This document shows, piece by piece, positions 23,801 to 31,717 of a stretch of 39,127 nucleotides of DNA; position 1 is the stretch's first letter; each line of letters begins with the position of its first letter. The stretch comes from Syntrophales bacterium. Its GTDB lineage: Bacteria; Desulfobacterota; Desulfobaccia; Desulfobaccales; 0-14-0-80-60-11. Below the pieces are notes generated by a model. That model saw only the letters and a list, made by a program, of their open reading frames with translations. It was not told the DNA's origin and searched no databases. The DNA lies in NCBI GenBank assembly GCA_028688935.1, contig JAQTXE010000003.1, positions 1 through 39,127 of the forward strand, in the 5' to 3' direction. The translations under genes and the position numbers were made by a program.

Positions 23801-24579
23801 ACTTCCCCCAGCAGCTTGCAAAGGGGCTCAGCTTCATGGAAGCGCACTTCCCCCCCCAGGGAGACCAGAGGCCGGTCCGCCTTCTTTACTACCAGGGACA
23901 ACAGATTAAGGAGATTGGAGCCGTAGGTGAAGCGGGTCTGCAAGCCCAGGCGGCCCCAGGGGGTGGCCCCGTCCAGTGAAGCCTGGCGCACCAGGATGGA
24001 CTGATCCGGCTGTTTGGGGCGCAATACCGTGAGGATGAGACGTAGGTTCAGATCCCGGCAGACTTGGGTGGTGCCGTTCCGGGTCAGGGTTATTTCCCCG
24101 CGCTCGATGATCACCTTAGGAAAATCAATGACGGTAAAAGGCGGCGGCGGCTTGGGGCGGAAGAGGTTGGTGACGTTCCATTGGCCGTCCGGATACTCGG
24201 TGAGGGTGAGATGGGGGTCGTAAATGGCCAGCTTGGCAATCACCGGCTGCAATTTCACAAAAGACCAGAGGGAAAAGCGCAAATCCAGCCCGGCAGCCCG
24301 GATCACCTCGCCGTGGTGGCCCCGGATGGTAATATCCCGGAAATGCAGACCGGTGAGGTAGTTACCCTTAACCTCCCGCACCTCGATCTCGCCGTAGATG
24401 CGGGTCCGGGCAAAATCCACCAGGCGTTGGCCGCCCCAGGTCCAGGCCATGTCGGTTTGGGACAGGGGCCAGAGCGCCAGGGCCGCCAAAAGCAGGACGG
24501 CCGACAGCGCCAGGACCGAATAACCGAACCACCGCATAGATGATTTTAACATATTAAAAAAGATTGGGGGAGAGGCCAT
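20848..24579 (-). CDS. tamB: translocation and assembly module protein TamB (AsmA-like, DUF490 C-terminus)
   Basis: At 1243 aa, it has an N-terminal anchor helix, a long beta-rich body, and a C-terminus of the form ...VRLEYKVNKYLSLESQMG...FNLDF. It lies directly downstream of an Omp85 gene. Confidence 0.8.
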   Translation of the reverse strand: MASPPIFFNMLKSSMRWFGYSVLALSAVLLLAALALWPLSQTDMAWTWGGQRLVDFARTRIYGEIEVREVKGNYLTGLHFRDITIRGHHGEVIRAAGLDLRFSLWSFVKLQPVIAKLAIYDPHLTLTEYPDGQWNVTNLFRPKPPPPFTVIDFPKVIIERGEITLTRNGTTQVCRDLNLRLILTVLRPKQPDQSILVRQASLDGATPWGRLGLQTRFTYGSNLLNLLSLVVKKADRPLVSLGGEVRFHEAEPLCKLLGEVGPLPGKEMQRLCQPWPGAWDLGGKFQLTGTPSRMQISGEGPLPQGKYSLQGQVGRQAGEWGYDLGLELSGFKPWSWARGDEPWARRLNDLPPLTVQLKFKGGGLSWPPKNLECTLQSRPFSYRRAKVEQLRLNLTANGRGQHLQGLLKGNFGELKADATGPLLTSLSGQVKIQAEGCQPGICDLPVAGGTRLSGKFTGNFRLPSHLSGDLEARGNWGDQPLKDLKVRLTLNGPKVEIARAQGQLGSLNADLKGALAPREVDLQGRVKLTLDGTWPLVPANLRGRLIGEGTVKGPIASPRFTLKAQGQGLSWRDFALAKVSLQASGTGWPPPGGRVEIKGTGLKTPAGVFSQAAFLGQGEGGRWQLSFDSSSAKGLKAEVRGTTDLQARPRVLNLSRCRFTSPKVTADNTGPIQVRFQPGLEIPPAAWRVNDGRLTLKAQTRGRELTARLEAVDLPASLIHLKGASLAGKVQGHLDLSGSLEHPAMHGQLTWGPGKWGDFSFRALETSVNYREDNLLLKGSVEEKAKGPRLVWDGQIPLKLSFSPLKWDWGERDLNLRVQGENASLALLTALSPEVHGAEGSLSIMAQWQGNPRHPRVSGKVRWGEGKLQFRTAGKAFHLLPGEATLLGEKIVIPDLALESGGMAHLRGAVTLAGFRPHHLDIRANLQDFQALDRGGAEASASGNVSLRGLWSAPLLKGRLLVSKAFFRPSFFQTGIHEDIVLKKAPPPLAKTETNGEMAVWQNLEMDITLESPEGARIRDKRLNMILAGTLKARKKPGEPCYVSGVLRSRGGTYELHGRPFKIERGEIRFPGKPHAEVTLEGRAIHEISGLTLILNASGPAGKPQVRMESIPPLPPSDLLAYLVFGRPAQSLTREEYQTVGQQALGILGGISAQKIQEFLGKDFPLVGNVRMKGGQSEGRQTVGIAKPLTKDITVTFERKTSPLYRDDSNQVRLEYKVNKYLSLESQMGERNSGGDVLFNLDF

Positions 24580-24586
24580 TTAACTA

Positions 24587-24682
24587 GCGGTCAGCTATCA
24601 GCTTTCAGCTTTCAGCAAAAGACAGAAAAGGCCCCCGCTATTTTTAAAGCTGATCGCTGCAAGCTGACCGCTGACAGCTTTC
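24587..24682. repeat. inverted pair of CAGCT-type heptamer arrays in the tamA-tamB intergenic region
   Basis: 24587-24616 parses as gcg|gtcagct|atcagct|ttcagct|ttcagc. 24647-24682 reads aagctgatcgctgcaagctgaccgctgacagctttc. AGCGGTCAGCT (24586-24596) is complementary to AGCTGACCGCT (24662-24672). Confidence 0.8.
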
Positions 24683-24683
24683 T

Positions 24684-26666
24684 TCAAAACGCCTGGCCGA
24701 TGGTGAAATGGAAACGGTATTTGTCCTGGCTGGGATTGATGGGATTGAGGGGAAAGCCCAGGTCCAGGCCGATGGGGCCGATGAAGGTATGGTAACGTAG
24801 GCCGAAACCGGAAGAATACTTCAGTTGGCCCACGTCCAGATCCCTGACGTGGAGATAGACGTTGCCGAAATCCAGGAAGGCCACGGCCCGGAGTTCTTTG
24901 TAGATGGGGATGCGGGCCTCGATGCTGCCCTCCAACAGGGCGTCCCCCCCCAGGGGCGAGCCCGCGGGGTTGCGGGGCCCCAGGTAGTCCAGGCGGTAAC
25001 CCCGCACGCTGTTATAGCCCCCCGCGAAAAAGCGCCGGAAAATGGGAATATCGGTGGTGGACTGCATGGGTTCGATGACCCCGAATTTCAGGCGGCCCGC
25101 CAGGATAAAGTCCGTGTCCCTAAGGGCCTGGTAACGCCGGAACTCGGCAATGGTGCGCACGAACTGAATCTGGGAGCCCAGGAAAGTAGGGGCCACCTCC
25201 TGGGTCAGGGAAAGTAACCCTCCCCGGTGGGGGTCGATGGCGTTGTCCATGGTTTCCTGGCGCAGACCGAAAAGCATCATGGAGGCGCGGTAGAGTTTGC
25301 CGGTCTGGGTTTCGCTCAAGAGAGCCAGGGTCTCCTCCGAGATGTTGAAGGGGCGGGTGAATTCCAGGCCGTAGCCCACGTAACCCCGGAAGCGCCAGGG
25401 CAGGTCCCGCTCCAGGCGGGCCTGGGAAAAATAGGCCTTGTCGGTGAAACCCGGCAAGTAGCGGCGGATCCAGCCGGTCTGGTAAACAAAGTCGAAATTG
25501 CTGCCCCACAGCAGGGGGTTGAAAAAGGAGCCCTCCACCCGGTATTCCAGGCGGGAAAACTTGGTGTCCACGTCCAGGACGCGGCCGCCGCCCAGGAGGT
25601 TGCGGAAGCGCAAGCCCATACGGGCCCGGAATTGATCTTCCGACCCATACCCCAACCCCAACTTCAGAGACCGTTTTTTCTTTTCCTGAACTTCCACGGT
25701 GACGGGAATCTGGCGATTTTTTCCGGGCACTTTGGCCGGCAACAGGGCCACGCTGGAGAACAGGTCCAGGCTATAAAGGCGCTGCTGGCTGTTATAAATT
25801 TCTTTAAAGGAAAAGAGTTGGCCCTTTTTGAAGGTGATTTTGCGCAGGATCACTCTTTTCGGGGTCTCGGGGGTCCCCTTGACCGTGACCTCCCCGAAAT
25901 AACACAAGGAGCCGGGCTTGACCGTCACCTCCACCTGGGCCGTATTTTTAGCTTCGTCCAGCAAAACCCGCCCCTCGGCTTGGGCCCGGGGATAACCGTG
26001 ATCCAGCAAATAGTTCAAGTACTGCTGTTTCAGGGCATCATAGTTTTCCTCGGTGAAGCGCTCCCCCTTTTTAAGGGGGTTTTTGGCCGCCAAATCGGCC
26101 AGGACCTCGGGGGTGAAACCCGCGGCCGCATTGACCTGCACCCGGGTCACCTTTACTTCCGGCCCTTCGTCGATCTCAATGCGCAGGGTCACTTGATGGT
26201 CCTTGATGTCCGCGTGGGAAGTGATGCGGGTATGATAGAAGCCATTGCGGCGGTAAAAGCCTCTGAGGCGCTCCAGATCATCCTCGATTTCGGCAGGGTG
26301 GTATACCGGTGGCTTTTTCCAGGACCAATTGCGGGGGAGGAGGGCTGACAACCCTCCTTTTTCCGCTTCAGGGCGCAATACCGGGAGGTTGTTCCAGGGC
26401 CAGCGGGAGGGCAGGGGGGTAATCATCTCCTCCTTGAGTTGATTCACCTTGATGGCCTTGGCCCCGGTAATTTTTACGGACTTAAGTATTAGAGGTTCCG
26501 GAGAAGCAGCCGTGGTGCTGGCCGGCAGGCTCCGGGCGGCGGCCAGGGCCAAGGCCAGACAGAGGATCAAGGGGAGAACCGCCCTTAGAAGGCGGCTACC
26601 AGGAAGGTAAGGGGGCTCAGCTTGCGGCCTCCTCCCTTTTTTCCTCCAGAACCTCAGGCGCGACAT
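24684..26666 (-). CDS. tamA: Omp85-family outer-membrane protein (TamA/BamA-like) with POTRA domains
   Basis: Has a signal sequence, a POTRA-like N-terminal half, and a beta-barrel C-terminal half ending in ...FHFTIGQAF (terminal aromatic residue). It is paired with tamB. Confidence 0.8.
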   Translation of the reverse strand: MSRLRFWRKKGRRPQAEPPYLPGSRLLRAVLPLILCLALALAAARSLPASTTAASPEPLILKSVKITGAKAIKVNQLKEEMITPLPSRWPWNNLPVLRPEAEKGGLSALLPRNWSWKKPPVYHPAEIEDDLERLRGFYRRNGFYHTRITSHADIKDHQVTLRIEIDEGPEVKVTRVQVNAAAGFTPEVLADLAAKNPLKKGERFTEENYDALKQQYLNYLLDHGYPRAQAEGRVLLDEAKNTAQVEVTVKPGSLCYFGEVTVKGTPETPKRVILRKITFKKGQLFSFKEIYNSQQRLYSLDLFSSVALLPAKVPGKNRQIPVTVEVQEKKKRSLKLGLGYGSEDQFRARMGLRFRNLLGGGRVLDVDTKFSRLEYRVEGSFFNPLLWGSNFDFVYQTGWIRRYLPGFTDKAYFSQARLERDLPWRFRGYVGYGLEFTRPFNISEETLALLSETQTGKLYRASMMLFGLRQETMDNAIDPHRGGLLSLTQEVAPTFLGSQIQFVRTIAEFRRYQALRDTDFILAGRLKFGVIEPMQSTTDIPIFRRFFAGGYNSVRGYRLDYLGPRNPAGSPLGGDALLEGSIEARIPIYKELRAVAFLDFGNVYLHVRDLDVGQLKYSSGFGLRYHTFIGPIGLDLGFPLNPINPSQDKYRFHFTIGQAF

Positions 26667-26686
26667 CTGGCTCAGGCTCCATTTAA

Positions 26687-29626
26687 CTAACGTGCCTTTT
26701 TGCGGCGGGGTGCGGTCTCGGGAAATAATTGGGGCTGCCGGGTCTGCCGCTTGGCGGCAGCCGGAGATTCATCCTGCCTTTGCAGTATATCCGGATTGAG
26801 GGCCTGAACCAAGGGGGAAAGCAGGGGGCGGCGCTTCTTGCCCCAGAGGGTGCGGGTCCGGGCCCGGGTCAAAAAAACCTGCCGGGAGGCCCGGGTGAGC
26901 CCCACGTAAAAGAGGCGATTTTCTTCTTCCGGGTCCCCATGCTCTTCCCCTTGAGGTTCCCAAGGCAGGAGGCCGGCTTCGCAACCGACGATGAAAATAT
27001 AAGGAAATTCCAAGCCCTTGGCCGCATGCAGGCTGAGGAGCTTCACTTTTTCCGCGGCCAGGTCCAGGCCGTCCAATTCCGGGCCCACGCTTTCTTTGGG
27101 GAGCAGGCAGGGGATGCCTGCGGCCGTGAGGTGGCGCTCCAGTTCCGGACCCAAGGCATGGAGGCGGTAGAGCACGGCCACGTCCCGGAAACCGGCTTTT
27201 TCTTCCGTGTGGTGCCGGACTTTTTCGTCCTCCAGGGCCAGGTGGCTAAAGCCCCCCACCAGCTTTTCGATTTCTTTGGCCACGGCCCGGGCCTCCCCGG
27301 CTTCGGTAGCCCGTTCCAGCAGCATCAGGGGCTGCTCTCCGGGCTGGTGGGTCGTCATGGCCGGAAGGGGCACCCCGGCCGCGGCCCGGACCTGGCGGGC
27401 CGCCTCCAGGATGGGCGGGGGCAGGCGATAAGTTTCGGTAAAATTGAGGGTCTCTGCATTAGGCCAGTCCTGGCGAAAATGGGTGAAATATTGGGGCGAA
27501 GCTCCCCGGAAGCCGTAAATGGCCTGGTCCGGGTCGCCGATGACCATAATCTCGGCGTCCGGGCCGGCCAGGGCCATAAAGAGCCGGTATTGGGCGGCGT
27601 TCAGGTCCTGGTATTCATCCACCAGCAGGTGCCGAAAGCGCCGCCGCTGGGCCTTCTGCAAACCGGGATGCCGGGTGAGCAGCAAAGTAGGCCGGGCGAT
27701 CAGGTCCTCATAATCCCACAGCCCTTCTCGCCTAAGCGCGGCTTCATAATCTTGGAAGGCCGCCACCTCCGGTTCGTTAACTTCTTCCAGGTCTTCCGGA
27801 TATTTCAGGTCCTGCTTCCAATGAATGATGCGGTTTTCCAGGGCGGAGAAAGGGACCTTACGGGCCTTGGCCGCCCGGCGGAGTAACTGGCGCCTGGTTT
27901 CTTCCGGGGCAACCTCCCGGGGGTTTTCCTCCCGGGCTTGGAGTAGCTGGTGGCCCAGAGCATGAAAAGTCTTGATGGTCAAACGCTCCAGACCCGGAAA
28001 ATCCGGGAGTAGACCCCGGATGCGGGCTTCCATCTCCCCCGCGGCCTGGCGGGTGAAGGTGAGGGCCAGGATACTCTCCGGCTCCACCCGGCGCCGGGCC
28101 AACAGATAGGCCAGGCGGTGAGTCAGGGCCCGGGTCTTGCCGGTGCCCGGCCCGGCCTGGACGATCAGGGGCGGCCCTTCATGGAGAACGGCTTGCCGTT
28201 GGGCGGGGTTTAAACCGGCGAGCAAGGGATCGTCGGGGATTGCCGGGGCTGGTCCGGCAACTTTGAAAAGGGGGGTGTCCGCCGCGGGTACGGAAGCAGG
28301 TGCCGCAGGATTCCGGCTTTCCGGGGCCGCCGGGGCCGGCGTGTTCCAGAAAGCCACCTGCCCCTGGATTTGGCGGCGTTCCTCCGGGGTGAAGAGGCGA
28401 ATCTCCCCATAGACCCCGTCATAGCCCGGGGCGATGTGCGCCTGGCCCCGGCGCATTTTGTCCATGCCGTAGGCCAGGAGGCTGCCGCCCTCCCGGGCCA
28501 GGTCCGCCAGGGGAGCCCGGCGCAGGATGGCCAACTCCGGCCCCAAATTCTCCAGCAGGCGGAAATAGAGGCGCTGCACTTTTTTGCTGTTGGGATTGAC
28601 CTCCAGCACCTGGCCCAGCACTTCCGGCAGGGGGATCAGGGATTCGAAAGGCCGGGCCTGGGGCGAGGGTTGGCCGGGTTGCCGGTCCGCCAGGTCCAGG
28701 ACCCGGTGCATCACGCCATAAGTCAAAGGTTTGTGGCAATGGGGGCATTTGCCCCCCCAGGCCGCGGTTTCCTCGGGGGTGGCCCGCAGGTCGCAGGCCC
28801 GGTGGCCGTCCAGATGGTATTTGCCTTCTTCGGGAAAAAATTCGATGGTGCCCCCACACCCTTCCTGGGTGCGGATGGCCCGGGCCAGGTCCGGGTAGGT
28901 GGGAGGGACGTGGAAGATATTGGCCTCCCGGGCCAGTTTCGGAGGGGAGTGGGCGTCGGAGTTGGAAACTAGCAGGTACCGGTCCAGGCCGCTTACCCGC
29001 CAGTTCATGGCCGGGTCGGAAGAAAGTCCGGTCTCCAGGGCGAATATATGTTCGGTATGCTCTTCAAAACATTCTTCCAGGGAATCGAAACCGCTTTTGG
29101 CCCCTAACACGGAAAACCAGGGGGTCCAGATGTGCGCCGGGATGACCAGGGAGGCGGGGTCGATCTCCAGGGCCAGTTCCAGGACGAGCTTGGCGTCCAA
29201 CCCCAAAATGGGGCGGCCGTCGGAGGTGACGTTTCCCAGGCGGCCCAGGCGCTCCGAGAACTTTTGGGCCGCCTCCAGGCTGGGAAGCAGCAGCAGCAGA
29301 TGGACCTTGCGGACCCTTCCGGCTTTTTTATAAATGGAGCTCACCTCCCCGGTGATGACGAAACGCACCGGGGGGACTTTTTCCCAATGGGGGCCGCGCA
29401 GCTTGAGAGGCAGGGCCAGCCCGGGTTTCAGCTCATATATTCCGGGGCCTGCGGGCTCCAACCCTGCGGCCAGTTCCTTGAGCCACTCCGGATGGGTGCA
29501 ATCGCCGGTGCCCACCACCTGCACCCCTTTATAACGGCCCCAAAGATCCAGGTGTGGTAGATCGGCGGCTTTTCCGGTGGCCATGGAGAAACGGGAGTGA
29601 ATGTGCAGGTCGGCGATCACTTCCAT
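26687..29626 (-). CDS. fusion protein: N-terminal EndoQ-like PHP-fold nuclease plus C-terminal UvrD/PcrA-type SF1 helicase
   Basis: The N-terminus reads IADLHIHSRFSMA...GVQVVGTGDCTHPEWLKEL, with Zn-knuckle CPHCHKPLTYGVMHRV. A Pro/Ala linker follows. The helicase half carries LNPAQRQAV, Walker A AGPGTGKT, LLVDEYQD and downstream helicase motifs. Confidence 0.8.
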   Translation of the reverse strand: MEVIADLHIHSRFSMATGKAADLPHLDLWGRYKGVQVVGTGDCTHPEWLKELAAGLEPAGPGIYELKPGLALPLKLRGPHWEKVPPVRFVITGEVSSIYKKAGRVRKVHLLLLLPSLEAAQKFSERLGRLGNVTSDGRPILGLDAKLVLELALEIDPASLVIPAHIWTPWFSVLGAKSGFDSLEECFEEHTEHIFALETGLSSDPAMNWRVSGLDRYLLVSNSDAHSPPKLAREANIFHVPPTYPDLARAIRTQEGCGGTIEFFPEEGKYHLDGHRACDLRATPEETAAWGGKCPHCHKPLTYGVMHRVLDLADRQPGQPSPQARPFESLIPLPEVLGQVLEVNPNSKKVQRLYFRLLENLGPELAILRRAPLADLAREGGSLLAYGMDKMRRGQAHIAPGYDGVYGEIRLFTPEERRQIQGQVAFWNTPAPAAPESRNPAAPASVPAADTPLFKVAGPAPAIPDDPLLAGLNPAQRQAVLHEGPPLIVQAGPGTGKTRALTHRLAYLLARRRVEPESILALTFTRQAAGEMEARIRGLLPDFPGLERLTIKTFHALGHQLLQAREENPREVAPEETRRQLLRRAAKARKVPFSALENRIIHWKQDLKYPEDLEEVNEPEVAAFQDYEAALRREGLWDYEDLIARPTLLLTRHPGLQKAQRRRFRHLLVDEYQDLNAAQYRLFMALAGPDAEIMVIGDPDQAIYGFRGASPQYFTHFRQDWPNAETLNFTETYRLPPPILEAARQVRAAAGVPLPAMTTHQPGEQPLMLLERATEAGEARAVAKEIEKLVGGFSHLALEDEKVRHHTEEKAGFRDVAVLYRLHALGPELERHLTAAGIPCLLPKESVGPELDGLDLAAEKVKLLSLHAAKGLEFPYIFIVGCEAGLLPWEPQGEEHGDPEEENRLFYVGLTRASRQVFLTRARTRTLWGKKRRPLLSPLVQALNPDILQRQDESPAAAKRQTRQPQLFPETAPRRKKAR

Positions 29627-29761
29627 GGTTTGTCAACTTATCACAAAACCAGTAGTGAAGCCAGAATCCGCCTTCCCGAAAAAGACGCTATCTACTCCTC
29701 TGGACGCGGGCGAAATGGTGATTATATAAATGTTATCAAAAACCATCTGGAGAAAAGGAGG

Positions 29762-30040
29762 ATGAAAACAATGATTAAGGCAATTAACAGGATTTTGCTG
29801 GCAGGGGCGCTTCTCGCATTTATGTCTGGTGCGGTCATGTCCCAGACAAGCAAGCCGGAAAAGCCCTCAAAACCGGAGCATCCCAAGGCGGAGCAGATGA
29901 AACCGGGCAAAATGAAACCGGGGGAAATGAAACCGGGTGAAATGAAGCCTGAGAAAATGATGCCGGGTCAGATGAAACAGGAGCACCAGCAGCCAGGGCA
30001 ACAGAAACCTGACCATCCGACGTCGGAGCACCCGAAGTAA
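29762..30040 (+). CDS. small secreted Met/Lys/Pro/Gln/His-rich repeat protein (92 aa)
   Basis: The ATG at 29762 is preceded by AAAGGAGG. It has a signal peptide (INRILLAGALLAFMSGAVMS), then (MKPGE)-like pentapeptide repeats. The track ORF's upstream 55 codons lack an SD. Confidence 0.6.
   Translation: MKTMIKAINRILLAGALLAFMSGAVMSQTSKPEKPSKPEHPKAEQMKPGKMKPGEMKPGEMKPEKMMPGQMKQEHQQPGQQKPDHPTSEHPK
29897..29980 (+). repeat. in-frame 15-nt tandem repeat (ATGAAACCGGGNGAA, ~5.5 copies)
   Basis: Encodes MKPGK MKPGE MKPGE MKPEK MMPGQ MKQ. Confidence 0.85.
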
Positions 30041-30086
30041 TGTCGCTCTCCTGAATGCGGCCTAATGGCGTAAGGAAGGAATTACC

Positions 30087-31442
30087 ATGAACAGGCGAGC
30101 AATAGTAATTGCGATGGCGGTAGTATGCCTTGTCGTTACAGGAGTTGGGGGGAAACAGAGGCAAGGCGCGCAAGCCGTGCCCATTCTGCCTAAGCCCGAT
30201 AGGGTGACCGCGGACATCCAGAAAGGCATCGAGAGGCATATCGAGGGGCAGACCCGCCTGGGTGGAGGATATTTCAATCTGCCCTTCAAAGATAAGGAAC
30301 TCCGTCTCAAACTGGTCCGGGTCCACACCGAATACCTGTCAAAACTCGGTCCCCGGCGCTATTTCGCCTGTGTAGATCTGGTGGACGTCAGCGGTGACGT
30401 CTATGATGTTGACTTTTTTCTGGCCGGTGATCCGGCGGCGATGAAGGTCACCGAAACCACCGTTCATAAGATAAACGGTCAACCTTTCTATGCGTGGGAG
30501 CAGAAAAGCGACGGCACCTGGCGCCGCATCCCCATGAAAAAAGCTGCCATAGGCCATCTGGGGGTCATCAAAGATCGGGACGAGTTCGAGTTTTTCTACC
30601 GGGCCAAGCTGCCCCGGATAACCGGGACCGCGCGCATGTGGCTGCCGCTGGCGGCCACGGACTCCTTCCAGACGGTGGAGATAAAATCCATCACCGCTCC
30701 GGGAAAGCAAAGAATATTGCAAGAGCGTGAACATGCCAACAAAGTCCTGTTTCTCGAGCTTGGTGCGGCAGACAGCGGCAAAACCGTGGAAATCCGCTAT
30801 CAGGTAAAGCGCCTGGAAAAGGCAGCCTATGCCGCGCCGACGCCAGATCAGGGAAAATACCTGAAACCGGAGAGTTTGGTACCGGCTGATGAGAATATCC
30901 GCCGGATCGCCGCCGAAGTTGTCAAAGGCAAGAAGGGGGATCTGGTGCGGGCCCGGGCGCTCTATGACCATATCATCGACCGTATGCGCTATGCCAAGGC
31001 CGGTCAAGGCTGGGGCAAGGGTGACGCAGTCTACGCTTGCAACGCCCGCACCGGCAACTGCACGGATTTTCACTCTTACTTCGTGGCTCTGGCCAGAGCG
31101 GTGGGCATCCCGGCCCGCTTCGCCATCGGCGCGGCCATCCCCTCGGAACGGAACAACGGCGGGGTGGACGGCTATCACTGCTGGGCGGAGTTCTATGCCG
31201 AAGGCAAGTGGTGGCCTGTGGATATCAGCGAGGGCGACAAGTATACGAGCCTGGCCACTTACTACTTCGGCCACCACCCGGCCAACCGCCTGGAGTTCAG
31301 CCGCGGCCGCGATCTGATGGTGGAACCGGGACCAGCTTCCGGCCCCATCAATTTTCTGGCCTATCCTGTCCTGGAAGTAGGCGGCAAGCCGGTAAAGGCC
31401 GCAGTGGAGTTCTCCTTCAGCAGAAGGGGGCGCTGGGGCTAG
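30087..31442 (+). CDS. transglutaminase-like cysteine-protease-fold protein with N-terminal anchor
   Basis: The Cys-His-Asp core is visible: NCTDFHSYFVALARAVGIPAR, DGYHCWAEFY and WWPVDIS. An N-terminal TM/signal helix is present. Confidence 0.85.
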   Translation: MNRRAIVIAMAVVCLVVTGVGGKQRQGAQAVPILPKPDRVTADIQKGIERHIEGQTRLGGGYFNLPFKDKELRLKLVRVHTEYLSKLGPRRYFACVDLVDVSGDVYDVDFFLAGDPAAMKVTETTVHKINGQPFYAWEQKSDGTWRRIPMKKAAIGHLGVIKDRDEFEFFYRAKLPRITGTARMWLPLAATDSFQTVEIKSITAPGKQRILQEREHANKVLFLELGAADSGKTVEIRYQVKRLEKAAYAAPTPDQGKYLKPESLVPADENIRRIAAEVVKGKKGDLVRARALYDHIIDRMRYAKAGQGWGKGDAVYACNARTGNCTDFHSYFVALARAVGIPARFAIGAAIPSERNNGGVDGYHCWAEFYAEGKWWPVDISEGDKYTSLATYYFGHHPANRLEFSRGRDLMVEPGPASGPINFLAYPVLEVGGKPVKAAVEFSFSRRGRWG

Positions 31443-31717
31443 TCTGCACCATATACCGGGTTGCCTGTCCATTAGTGCGAAATAGAGGCGCCTGCGGCCG
31501 CGCTCCGGCGGATCCAGGCGCAGGCGGCTTTAAAAACCCGCATTTATGCCACTCCCGCCCCAACGCGGTCATAGGCATCCGCCTGCCAGAAAAATCCCCC
31601 ACTCCCTCTGGACGCCGGAGATTTGATGATTACCTGTATAGCAAATGTGACCCTACCCAGGGTGAAAGACACTCTCGGCCTCTGGCCTGGGGGACTGAAA
31701 GGGAAGGAGGAGGGCCA

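Noticed and set aside
25227-26348. 373-aa plus-strand ORF. Similar long antisense ORFs are 26729-27886, 34974-35885, 38145-39101, 12022-12988, 16591-17115 and 9779-10465.
   Set aside because: Each lies opposite a confidently identified gene (tamA-like, helicase fusion, GH57, mtaB-like, gyrA, binding protein, pfk). These are open frames expected by chance at this G+C content.
29698-29716. Sigma54 (-24/-12) promoter in the shared TCTGGACGC motif (also 31606-31624)
   Set aside because: A GG is present, but no GC lies at the required 10-11 nt spacing (TGGCAC-N5-TTGC) in either copy.
30339-31472. 377-aa minus-strand ORF
   Set aside because: It is antisense to the transglutaminase-like gene, which has a clear catalytic core. 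It shows no motifs and has an Arg/Gly/Ala-rich composition.
31037-31717. Upstream 227 codons of the 291-aa track ORF 31037..31912
   Set aside because: This part overlaps the transglutaminase-like gene in another frame and then crosses 275 nt of non-coding DNA. Only the segment from GTG 31718, which has a strong SD, has rhodanese character.
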